A DNA stretch of 20,000 nucleotides, taken from the IMG/VR virus record IMGVR_UViG_3300046170_000409; one strand, 5' to 3'. The notes under the pieces are model-generated. The model made no database searches and was not told the DNA's origin. It saw only the letters and a list, made by a program, of their open reading frames with translations. The position numbers and the translations under genes were made by a program. The DNA is from an uncultured virus (IMG/VR IMGVR_UViG_3300046170_000409). Its lineage: Duplodnaviria; Heunggongvirae; Uroviricota; Caudoviricetes. Shown one piece after another: positions 1-7,541 of the stretch (positions are counted from its first letter, which is position 1; each line of letters starts with the position of its first letter).

Positions 1-26
1 ACCTGATTTAAATCTAACAATATCAT
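1..26 (-). CDS. rnh: 5' end of probable T4-like RNase H / 5'-3' exonuclease (partial, runs off window)
   Basis: ATG at 26 gives MILLDLNQ(V), resembling the MILxDxNQV start of T4-like phage RNase H proteins. It follows a sigma70 promoter. Only 8 full codons are visible. Confidence 0.55.
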
Positions 27-58
27 TGTATATATCTCATTTCATTATTTGTTCTTAG

Positions 59-87
59 AGTATACTATATCTAGTATCAAATGTCAA
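59..87 (-). promoter_or_regulatory. sigma70-type promoter
   Basis: Minus strand TTGACA (87-82), 17-nt spacer, TATACT (64-59), in an intergenic gap. Confidence 0.8.
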
Positions 88-95
88 GTGTTATA

Positions 96-1085
96 TTAAC
101 CTACATTAACATTCTTTGATAGAGCATTCAGTAAACCAGTCCACTCTGCAGCACGAAGATCCCAATTGTAGAAATTGTCAACCCAATTCTTCTGGAACAT
201 CAATTTCTTTTGACTATCTTCATTAAGAACATTATCAATAGTGTGTCTTAATACATTGGCGAATATGTTAGCATGATATTGCATATCTTCACTAAACTGA
301 TACATTGTAGCAAAATTGCCAGTTGTTTCAGGTAATGCAGCAAGATTTGGACAAACAACTTCACATCCTGCAGACATTGCTTCAATTGCAGAAATACAAG
401 AAGTTTCTTGCCAAATACTTGGATATGCATATATGTGTGCCTCTTGTAATGCACTTCTTACAACATCATTTGGTTGAAATCCATGATAAGTCATATTTGG
501 ATGTTCTTCTGCAGTTTTAAATAAATCCTTATATGGTTCATCTCTTTCTTCCCAACCATATGCTTTAAATGATGAATAAACATCTAAATGTACTTTATCT
601 TTATACATTTCTGAAAGTTTCTGCATCACAGGAATTAATAGTTGCAATCCACGATGTGGTGTTGTATGATAGATAACCTTAATTTGGTCAGTTGATTTCT
701 TTTTGAATGGTATAGGATCTATTGCATTCTTTAATACAATTGAATCAGAATAAGGAACACCAAGTCCCATGTTGTATGTTTGTAATTGCCAATTTGAAAC
801 AAAGACCAATTTACCAAATCTTTTACGAGATTCAGGATCTTTTAAATGCTGTGCTTCAGGATCTGCCCAAAGGTCATGTAACCATAAAATATTAGTTTTG
901 TCTGTAGAGACTTCACGAACACGAGATTTGATAATATTAAATTGTTCAAGTAATGATTTGTCAACACGTTCTACAAGAGCATTGTTCATTAACTCAGTGC
1001 CACCTTGTGCTTTATTCCAAGTGCCATCATCATTCATTTTACTTGCGTTTTCAACTTCTTTGTTGTCTATAATATTTAAACTCAT
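96..1085 (-). CDS. GT-B fold glycosyltransferase (GT4-like)
   Basis: N-terminal GGTE motif, WLHD, VFVSNWQ, NAID, TPHRGL, and YPSIWQETSCISAIEAMSAG (E-x7-E signature). Confidence 0.85.
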   Translation of the reverse strand: MSLNIIDNKEVENASKMNDDGTWNKAQGGTELMNNALVERVDKSLLEQFNIIKSRVREVSTDKTNILWLHDLWADPEAQHLKDPESRKRFGKLVFVSNWQLQTYNMGLGVPYSDSIVLKNAIDPIPFKKKSTDQIKVIYHTTPHRGLQLLIPVMQKLSEMYKDKVHLDVYSSFKAYGWEERDEPYKDLFKTAEEHPNMTYHGFQPNDVVRSALQEAHIYAYPSIWQETSCISAIEAMSAGCEVVCPNLAALPETTGNFATMYQFSEDMQYHANIFANVLRHTIDNVLNEDSQKKLMFQKNWVDNFYNWDLRAAEWTGLLNALSKNVNVG

Positions 1086-1363
1086 GACTCATGCACCGAA
1101 ATCGAATCAATTGTATTAAATGAAATTACTGAATCAACTCTAAAAGATCTCCAGTCTGATTTTACTAAATCATATGCAACAACAACATCTGTATTTTCTT
1201 TTACTGTATTTGTTGTTGGTTGACCACTTCCAGTTTTGCCACTTTCAGGAACCAAGTCTTTCATTGTAGTACATTTCATAGTTCTTTGTTCGCCATTTTT
1301 CTTAGTGAAAACAACCTCAACAAAGTGTTCACTGAGTGTTTTCTTCATATCATCAAATTTCAT
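1082..1363 (-). CDS. WYL_2 / SH3-like beta-barrel phage protein
   Basis: V-x-FTKKNGEQRTMKCT and YDLVKSDWRSFRVDSV are typical of this family. SD AAGGAG upstream; ATGA overlap with the glycosyltransferase. Confidence 0.7.
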   Translation of the reverse strand: MKFDDMKKTLSEHFVEVVFTKKNGEQRTMKCTTMKDLVPESGKTGSGQPTTNTVKENTDVVVAYDLVKSDWRSFRVDSVISFNTIDSISVHES

Positions 1364-1391
1364 AATTATCTCCTTTATTTCAATTCATTCA

Positions 1392-1420
1392 ATTATAGTA
1401 CAAGTATTCTTAAATGTCAA
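1392..1420 (-). promoter_or_regulatory. consensus sigma70 promoter
   Basis: TTGACA (1420-1415), 17 nt, TATAAT (1397-1392). Confidence 0.85.
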
Positions 1421-2141
1421 ACATTAAATGCTTTTTAATCAAATCATAACTGTTTGGGTGTAGTGCAAAAAAGAATGTGTACACAAAATCGCCCTCTGCA
1501 TTAGCAAAATGTTTTATGTTTGTATCACAAAGGTACAGACGACCACGTTCTATATTTTCTTCCCTCATATACTTTTCGCCATCCCAGAAAGAAAAATTAT
1601 AATTTTCTGGATCGTTAGTTCCCCACAATCTTATTTGTGGAGCAGGAACTGAAGTATCTCTATGAGGACTAAATCCCTGTTCATTATTCCACCAAAGAAT
1701 ACAAGTTCTGTAATGATGGTCATAGAATTCATTCATGTAATATTTTAAAGATTGTATTGATTTAAATTTGTCATTTACGATATTGAAATCGCTCTCAATT
1801 AAAGGATAATCTGGATATTCATAAGACCATTTATCTAATGGTATTGTGATGGGATTATATCCACTTTCAGGCAGATTCATATCTGTATCAGTTAATCCCA
1901 ACCCATAACGAAAGGGATATTTTGCTTTATCATATTCTAGTCCCCAATATGTAAAATCGCTATGACAAGATTTCATTTCCTCTTCAAACTTATTACAATC
2001 AATAACTATGTCAAGAGGTATTAAATTCCCTGTATGAAGACTGGCATAATCTTCTTCACTTACCATTGGGAGAGAAAACCATTTGTCACGATACTTATGA
2101 TACTTTGGATTTTTTTCTAATTCTTCACCAATACTAATCAT
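1410..2141 (-). CDS. putative 2OG-Fe(II) oxygenase / cupin-fold protein
   Basis: HxD motif (FSPHRD) plus a distal His (GRLYLCDTNIKHFANA). 243 aa, ATGA-coupled to the upstream gene. Confidence 0.5.
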   Translation of the reverse strand: MISIGEELEKNPKYHKYRDKWFSLPMVSEEDYASLHTGNLIPLDIVIDCNKFEEEMKSCHSDFTYWGLEYDKAKYPFRYGLGLTDTDMNLPESGYNPITIPLDKWSYEYPDYPLIESDFNIVNDKFKSIQSLKYYMNEFYDHHYRTCILWWNNEQGFSPHRDTSVPAPQIRLWGTNDPENYNFSFWDGEKYMREENIERGRLYLCDTNIKHFANAEGDFVYTFFFALHPNSYDLIKKHLMFDI

Positions 2142-2587
2142 ACTAGACCAACCAGATGCATTCTTACTTCTCTAGATGCATTGACTGCAGTATGTGTTTT
2201 TCTGGTGTCTATTGTATAGACTTTTCCTATTTCTTTCATCCAGACAACCTCTTCATCTACGAGCATAAAGCAACTATCTAAATCTCCCTTTAAAGGAATA
2301 TGTACTCTTTCTGTAACATCCCGATGTAACGTGTAACAAGTCTTTGCCCTCATACACATAACACGTGTGCGATACATCCCTAAGTTAGAAATAATTTCGT
2401 TTGTGTATGGAATATCATATAGTGGATAGATGAACAATTCTTCATCATGCTCTAAATCTTGCACTCCACCTTGACCATAAGATTTGTCCTTCTGGTCTTT
2501 TAATCCTTGTAAGACAAATTGTTCCTGACGTTTGAATTTAGGAATAGAATATAACTCTTCTAATATTTTATTGGCATCATACTTCAT
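2138..2587 (-). CDS. aspartyl/asparaginyl beta-hydroxylase-like 2OG-Fe(II) oxygenase
   Basis: RTRVM..CYTLHRD..RVHIPL..DTRKTHTAVNAS..RMHLV gives an HxD...H triad plus the late Arg. Confidence 0.75.
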   Translation of the reverse strand: MKYDANKILEELYSIPKFKRQEQFVLQGLKDQKDKSYGQGGVQDLEHDEELFIYPLYDIPYTNEIISNLGMYRTRVMCMRAKTCYTLHRDVTERVHIPLKGDLDSCFMLVDEEVVWMKEIGKVYTIDTRKTHTAVNASREVRMHLVGLV

Positions 2588-2691
2588 TTACATATATATT
2601 CATCTAATAATGGTTGAGCAAATGGAAGAATATGTTCCCAATTGAGTATAACAACTCCAGCAATAACCACTCCAAATATAAAGTTTATCAT
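2584..2691 (-). CDS. small membrane protein (35 aa), not in ORF track
   Basis: MINFIFGVVIAGVVILNWEHILPFAQPLLDEYICK*; SD-like AAGGGG; ATGA overlaps on both sides. Confidence 0.65.
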   Translation of the reverse strand: MINFIFGVVIAGVVILNWEHILPFAQPLLDEYICK

Positions 2692-2819
2692 AAGGATTTC
2701 CCCTTTTTGTTTATTTTGTTTGCACTACAGAATGTATATCCTAAACTATTGTAATGTGCATAGACACACATTGTGATGTTAACAATTACATATATGCCAA
2801 ATGCGATGATTAACCACAT
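2688..2819 (-). CDS. small membrane protein (43 aa), not in ORF track
   Basis: MWLIIAFGIYVIVNITMCVYAHYNSLGYTFCSANKINKKGKSL*; start overlaps the epimerase end and the stop overlaps the next ATG. Confidence 0.6.
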   Translation of the reverse strand: MWLIIAFGIYVIVNITMCVYAHYNSLGYTFCSANKINKKGKSL

Positions 2820-3745
2820 TTATAATATTCCATGTACCAATTAATAAAATTCTCTACACCAGTCTCAATACTTGTTGTTGGATTATATCCTAGTTTTTGT
2901 AGTTTTGTTGTATCACTAAAGGTGTGTGGCACATCAGCAGGATGTTTGTCAACATATCTCTTTTCAGCGACTTTACCAAGATTCTTCTCAATTTGTTCTA
3001 CAAAATATAATAATTCAACTTCTCTTCCATAACCAATACAATATATGTCTCGTTCAGTCATGTTTCTTACCACACAATCAATACCTTGTATAATATCATC
3101 AATGTAAGTAAAGTCTCGAATCATTTTGCCATGATTGAAAATTTGTATGGGTTCATTCGCAAGTATGCTCTTTGTAAAATCAAATAGTGCCATATCTGGT
3201 CTTCCCCATGGACCATATACTGTAAAGAATCTCAGACCAACTGCATTTGGTATATGTGAAATATGGAACTGTGATTCATTTGTAATTTTAGTATATCCAT
3301 ATGGACTTAATGGTTTATGAATTGGCACTTCCTCATTCCATGGAACAGGATTGCCACCCATTACACAAGAGGTTGATGCATATATTACATTTTCTACATC
3401 AAATTTTTCGCAACAATCAATCACATTTTGTGTTGCAACAATATTGTTCTCAATGTAAAGTTTATCATTATCCATAGAGAATCTAACACCTGCCATTGCA
3501 GCAAGATGAATTACTAACTCTGGTTGGAATTTAATAAATGCTCTTTTGAGTCCTCTTCTATCACAAAGAGACATGTATTCTTGTTTCACACCTCTTATGT
3601 GTTTAATACGATCGAATTTGATTTTAGAATCATACAATATAGAATTAAAATCATCAATGATACAAACATCATGTCCTTTTTCTAAATAATATTTTGCAGT
3701 GTTGTATCCAATGAAACCTGCACCACCTGTAATTAATATTCTCAT
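2810..3745 (-). CDS. NAD-dependent nucleotide-sugar epimerase (UDP-glucuronate 4-epimerase-like extended SDR)
   Basis: ITGGAGFIG, HLAAMAGVRFS, YGYTK (YxxxK), GLRFFTVYGPWGRPDMA, RDFTYIDDI. Confidence 0.9.
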   Translation of the reverse strand: MRILITGGAGFIGYNTAKYYLEKGHDVCIIDDFNSILYDSKIKFDRIKHIRGVKQEYMSLCDRRGLKRAFIKFQPELVIHLAAMAGVRFSMDNDKLYIENNIVATQNVIDCCEKFDVENVIYASTSCVMGGNPVPWNEEVPIHKPLSPYGYTKITNESQFHISHIPNAVGLRFFTVYGPWGRPDMALFDFTKSILANEPIQIFNHGKMIRDFTYIDDIIQGIDCVVRNMTERDIYCIGYGREVELLYFVEQIEKNLGKVAEKRYVDKHPADVPHTFSDTTKLQKLGYNPTTSIETGVENFINWYMEYYKCG

Positions 3746-3945
3746 TCTTCCTCAATGGTTACAATATACTTCTTACCATTTTTATCGGTAACACTCATTG
3801 TCTTTTTTGGGGATACATAATATCCATCAGTTGGATGAAGATCTAGATTCACACCACCAACTTCAGAGATGTATGTAGATTTATCATTTACATTTTCTTT
3901 CAAAGAAACATTAATTGTTTCTGCTATATAATCACAATATATCAT
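3742..3945 (-). CDS. hypothetical phage protein (67 aa)
   Basis: SD AAGGAG upstream; ATGA overlap with the epimerase. Confidence 0.7.
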   Translation of the reverse strand: MIYCDYIAETINVSLKENVNDKSTYISEVGGVNLDLHPTDGYYVSPKKTMSVTDKNGKKYIVTIEEE

Positions 3946-3946
3946 A

Positions 3947-4210
3947 TTAAAACTCCTTAATTAATTGTATAACACTTTTTGGAATAATTGTAGAATTGCC
4001 ACAGTCATCAATAGTTCCATCATCATTAAAATTAAAATCACTAACTAATCGCACGACATCTTCTTCATCACTAATTAGAAATCCTGTGCTTAGACATCTT
4101 GGTAACTTTTCTTCTTTCAAATCCTCAATGCTTTTCCATCCTGAATCTGATACAATATCAATCCAGTATACATGTACAAATTTATATGGTATATCTTTAA
4201 TTTCACTCAT
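3947..4210 (-). CDS. conserved-type hypothetical phage protein
   Basis: V-x-W-x-DI..SDSGW..C-x-STGFL..IPKSVI pattern recalled from small phage proteins. ATG 4210, coupled to the upstream small ORF, is preferred over GTG 4219. Confidence 0.7.
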   Translation of the reverse strand: MSEIKDIPYKFVHVYWIDIVSDSGWKSIEDLKEEKLPRCLSTGFLISDEEDVVRLVSDFNFNDDGTIDDCGNSTIIPKSVIQLIKEF

Positions 4211-4325
4211 CAAATTCACCTGATAATTTTATTACTATGAGTCCTATTATGAATATTAGAAATGTCATTATAGGTAAAAAATCTATTAGAAATAGAATTA
4301 TCCAATCATCATATATGTTATACAT
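4203..4325 (-). CDS. small membrane protein (40 aa), not in ORF track
   Basis: MYNIYDDWIILFLIDFLPIMTFLIFIIGLIVIKLSGEFDE*; strong SD AAGGAG 7 nt upstream; overlaps both neighbours. Confidence 0.7.
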   Translation of the reverse strand: MYNIYDDWIILFLIDFLPIMTFLIFIIGLIVIKLSGEFDE

Positions 4326-5067
4326 TTAATAACTCCTTCACTTTAACTAAATTCTTATATTCTAAGACATTGTCTGTCATACTGTTGATACATCTTTTGA
4401 GTATGCCACCATTTCTATCTAAAACAAATTGTAATGGATATTTTTCAACATCTATTAAGAATACTGCAGTATCTTCATCTACTGTAAATGTTTTTTCATG
4501 CTCAACTCTAAATGTCAAATCATCTATAGAATTAATTTCAGGTCTATCATATCTAGGATGATTATTTAATTTATCTAACGAGGATATTGCCCAAGTATAC
4601 CTATGAAATGATTTACCACTGGTCATTGCTCTCCAAATACCAGCACTTGCCTTTCTTAACATTTCGCCATCAGCGACTGGTTCATGTACCTGTTCCAGTG
4701 TCATGCCTTCAACTTTACTTGGATTCCATCCACTTGCCATTGCAACGAAACATGCTTCAACTTTACCTTTGTGCATGATAACAATATCATCGGGTATTTC
4801 TAATCCCAAATCAACTATATTATATAATGGTTCATTTGTAATCTTTAATGCATGAGTTGTTTTTTGGACTAACTTGTTTTCTTTTGCAACATCAGATTCA
4901 AAATATATTTCATCACGCAATTCTTTAAACTCATTGTGTCTTTCATCAAATAACTTTTGCGAATAGTCTTTAAATTCTAAATCCTCTATTGGTGTGAATC
5001 TAGGGTTCATGTCAAAAGGTATTTTAATTAATCCATTAAAGTTTGCAAAGGTTACACCATAATCCAT
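4318..5067 (-). CDS. DUF3445 / heme-dependent oxidative N-demethylase alpha-subunit-like protein
   Basis: EIPDDIVIM, ACFVAMASGWNP..K.G.TLEQVHEPV, FHRYTWAI and FRVEHEKT follow the family pattern EDL..PSGW..K.G..L..IH.PV..R.NW..R.E.Q. Confidence 0.7.
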   Translation of the reverse strand: MDYGVTFANFNGLIKIPFDMNPRFTPIEDLEFKDYSQKLFDERHNEFKELRDEIYFESDVAKENKLVQKTTHALKITNEPLYNIVDLGLEIPDDIVIMHKGKVEACFVAMASGWNPSKVEGMTLEQVHEPVADGEMLRKASAGIWRAMTSGKSFHRYTWAISSLDKLNNHPRYDRPEINSIDDLTFRVEHEKTFTVDEDTAVFLIDVEKYPLQFVLDRNGGILKRCINSMTDNVLEYKNLVKVKELLNV

Positions 5068-5070
5068 ATA

Positions 5071-5364
5071 TTATTTTTCCTCCCATGCAGAAATTGCTCT
5101 ATGAAAACTATTATCAGATCTTGGATAAATTGTAAAAGTTTTTGCATATTTCTGTAAACAGTAATAAGGACTTCTTTTATACCTATTGATATAATCACTC
5201 CCACCACGATATACGATTCTAAACAAACCAGAAAAATGTTTCTTAAAATCATACAAGTAGTCTATGTCTAAACCTTTTGCAATCGAAGACTCATCAGCAG
5301 GTGAAACGTGTTTTACAATTTCACCTTTTAAAAACTCTTTTGAATATACATTTTGTGATGTCAT
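5071..5364 (-). CDS. hypothetical phage protein (97 aa)
   Basis: TAATG-coupled to the upstream gene; contiguous operon. Confidence 0.7.
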   Translation of the reverse strand: MTSQNVYSKEFLKGEIVKHVSPADESSIAKGLDIDYLYDFKKHFSGLFRIVYRGGSDYINRYKRSPYYCLQKYAKTFTIYPRSDNSFHRAISAWEEK

Positions 5365-5615
5365 TACGCAACCTCCAACATTGACATTGGTACAGAATAG
5401 ATACTGCCCTCCATTTCAACAGAACATCTAGTTCTTTTGATTTTCAGAAGTTTACCCAATGTTCTTTTAGTTTTTTGAACAACATAAACATCACATCCCT
5501 CAATTAAAGAGGTTTTTGCATTCATGCTTTTCACATCCCTAATATATCCCATTAGATTATTCAATTCAACTAGACTCATGTTTGAAATTTCTTTTTTCAT
5601 ATTTGCTGATATCAT
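5364..5615 (-). CDS. hypothetical phage protein with possible SH3-like C-terminus
   Basis: ATG 5615 has SD GGAGG and a TAATG overlap with the upstream ORF, so it is preferred over 5657. Helical N-terminus, then beta-rich GKLLKIKRTRCSVE..YSVPMSML. Confidence 0.7.
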   Translation of the reverse strand: MISANMKKEISNMSLVELNNLMGYIRDVKSMNAKTSLIEGCDVYVVQKTKRTLGKLLKIKRTRCSVEMEGSIYSVPMSMLEVA

Positions 5616-5746
5616 TATAATGACCTCCCAGTAGTTCTTTGGATTATTCTCATACACGCAATGACGAGTGTCGCAGACGCATCGTGTTTTTTCATGATTT
5701 TTGAGATTTTAAGACCTTTCTTAATGTCTTTTAGAATGTAACTCAT
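5615..5746 (-). CDS. small basic early protein (43 aa), not in ORF track
   Basis: MSYILKDIKKGLKISKIMKKHDASATLVIACMRIIQRTTGRSL*; SD AAGGAG; first ORF after the consensus promoter. Confidence 0.7.
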   Translation of the reverse strand: MSYILKDIKKGLKISKIMKKHDASATLVIACMRIIQRTTGRSL

Positions 5747-5779
5747 ATTTTTTTCTCCTTTTAATTAACTTACAAGAAC

Positions 5780-5808
5780 ATTATATCCTATGTAAATAGT
5801 AATGTCAA
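5780..5808 (-). promoter_or_regulatory. consensus sigma70 early promoter with A/T tracts upstream
   Basis: TTGACA (5808-5803), 17 nt, TATAAT (5785-5780); A/T tracts at 5812-5837. Confidence 0.9.
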
Positions 5809-5847
5809 GGGTTTTTTGAAAAAAAGATGAAAAAAAATCTCTTGTAA

Positions 5848-5860
5848 AATCAATAACTTA
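5848..5860 (+). promoter_or_regulatory. IHF-like binding site
   Basis: AATCAATAACTTA matches WATCAANNNNTTR and has A-tracts on its 5' side; about 40 bp upstream of the -35. Confidence 0.5.
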
Positions 5861-7541
5861 GGGGTCTTGTATCCACACAGATTTTCTGTATATACCAGTG
5901 ATACCACTTTTTGTATAATTCAAGACGTTTTTGCCAGTCGTCTTCGAGCATACATTTATATGCTTGATAAGGATCTTCCACATCACCCTGTATCACTGCA
6001 GGAGCATAATCACAACGACCAAAACACACAACAGGTTTTTCATGTAGCATTGCCTCTTGCCCAGAACCACCATTCAACACAAACATTGCAAGCGATTTCT
6101 TGACAAGTTCATTGAAGTTTCCATTATCAACATACACTACATTCTTATATCCACTTTCAACAATCTTTTTTAATGGTTCCATTGATGCAAGATTTATAGG
6201 ATGTCCTTTAAATAAAATTTGTGGAACATCTTCATATTGTGCCATTTCACACATACTCGTAACAAACTGTTCAACTGAGAAATCAGAATGATATTTAATA
6301 GTCTCATCATGAGGTAATTGTAATGGTACAATAATATATTTGTCATCAAGTTTATTCCATGGAGTATTATCTGTTTGTAGATGTGCAAACTTTCCTTGTC
6401 CTAATCTTTTTTGCATTGTAATAAAAGATTCTTCTTCATATGAATCATTCTTATTAAAAGATGAAACATATTTTGCACCACCTGCCCATCCTTCAGGATC
6501 TATTGTAAATAATTCTGGGAATACTGTTTGCATATAAAACATTGTAGAATCACGACCACCCCAATTATGTTTTTCAACATGAGGAACATACATCTTTGCG
6601 ATCGGAAAATATTGTTCTATTTCAGAATTAAACATCCAACGTGGTGATGTCACAACAAGTGTATGTTCATCATATCCAGCAAGTTTGTGTACAAAGTTAT
6701 CCCAATGTTTTCTTATTGGTTCATTTACAGAGTTCTTTATTGTCATTCCAAATTGTTTAAATGGTATATCAAGTCTTGGTTTAAGAATAACTCTTTCATG
6801 TATGTCTTCCATAATGATGTCATGATAGTTTTCTTGCTTATGTACATATGTTGCATTCTCATATTTCCTTGGACCTTTTCCTGTCCATATTACTGTACCC
6901 TCAATAAATTCCCAATCCATAAAAGAACTGTCATATTTGTGACATGCTTCATCTGGTAATTGTTTGATTATATGATTTAATGCAACTTGGTCATTGAACC
7001 ATTGTAATGGTAGTCCAGCGATTGTTTCTGAGATTCCTGTTGCAACATTCATTGCTGATGCATCAAGATATACACATCCTGCTGCAATTCTCATACCCTC
7101 TGTTTCCCAATCATTCGCTGCACCAGTTTTATCAGTACGTGGGAAATATCCAACAGGTTGTTTAGGAAATTTAAAATCTTTCATAATCAAACAATCAATA
7201 TCTGTTATCAATACTTGTTTAGCATGATTAACAATCATTGGTGCAACCATAAATCTAGTGCATGCATATAATGCACGAATCTGTTGGTCATTCAATACTG
7301 ATATATCAGTTTCACTGAATGTATATGTTACTCGATTGCCTGCCTTTGCATTTAAATAAGAACAAAGAGCAAATGTTTTTTTAGTTGGATTTACAACATG
7401 TAAATGTATATTGTATGATGTATTTAATCTGATACTTGCTACATATGCAGGTGCAAACTTTTCAAAATACTTGGCATCACTTGCAGCGAATATTACAGGT
7501 GAAGAAGGAACCTCACCATATCTATTTTCCGATAATTCCAT
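5850..7541 (-). CDS. two-domain glycosyltransferase: GT-A-like N-domain plus KpsS/KpsC (Capsule_synth)-like C-domain
   Basis: N-domain: YACTRF, ITDIDC (DxD), AAGCVY, WFNDQVAL. C-domain: IVPLQLPHD, FKGHP, VLNGGSGQEAMLHEKPVVCFGRCDY. Confidence 0.7.
   Translation of the reverse strand: MELSENRYGEVPSSPVIFAASDAKYFEKFAPAYVASIRLNTSYNIHLHVVNPTKKTFALCSYLNAKAGNRVTYTFSETDISVLNDQQIRALYACTRFMVAPMIVNHAKQVLITDIDCLIMKDFKFPKQPVGYFPRTDKTGAANDWETEGMRIAAGCVYLDASAMNVATGISETIAGLPLQWFNDQVALNHIIKQLPDEACHKYDSSFMDWEFIEGTVIWTGKGPRKYENATYVHKQENYHDIIMEDIHERVILKPRLDIPFKQFGMTIKNSVNEPIRKHWDNFVHKLAGYDEHTLVVTSPRWMFNSEIEQYFPIAKMYVPHVEKHNWGGRDSTMFYMQTVFPELFTIDPEGWAGGAKYVSSFNKNDSYEEESFITMQKRLGQGKFAHLQTDNTPWNKLDDKYIIVPLQLPHDETIKYHSDFSVEQFVTSMCEMAQYEDVPQILFKGHPINLASMEPLKKIVESGYKNVVYVDNGNFNELVKKSLAMFVLNGGSGQEAMLHEKPVVCFGRCDYAPAVIQGDVEDPYQAYKCMLEDDWQKRLELYKKWYHWYIQKICVDTRPLSY

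Noticed and set aside
62..77. Palindrome ATACTA-N4-TAGTAT in the promoter spacer
   Set aside because: AT-rich 6-bp arms, not repeated at the other promoters.
7522..7524. Possible TAG recoding, since TAG stops are rare
   Set aside because: Genes are intact under the standard code. This TAG ends a gene that overlaps the next start, and read-through would add only three residues.
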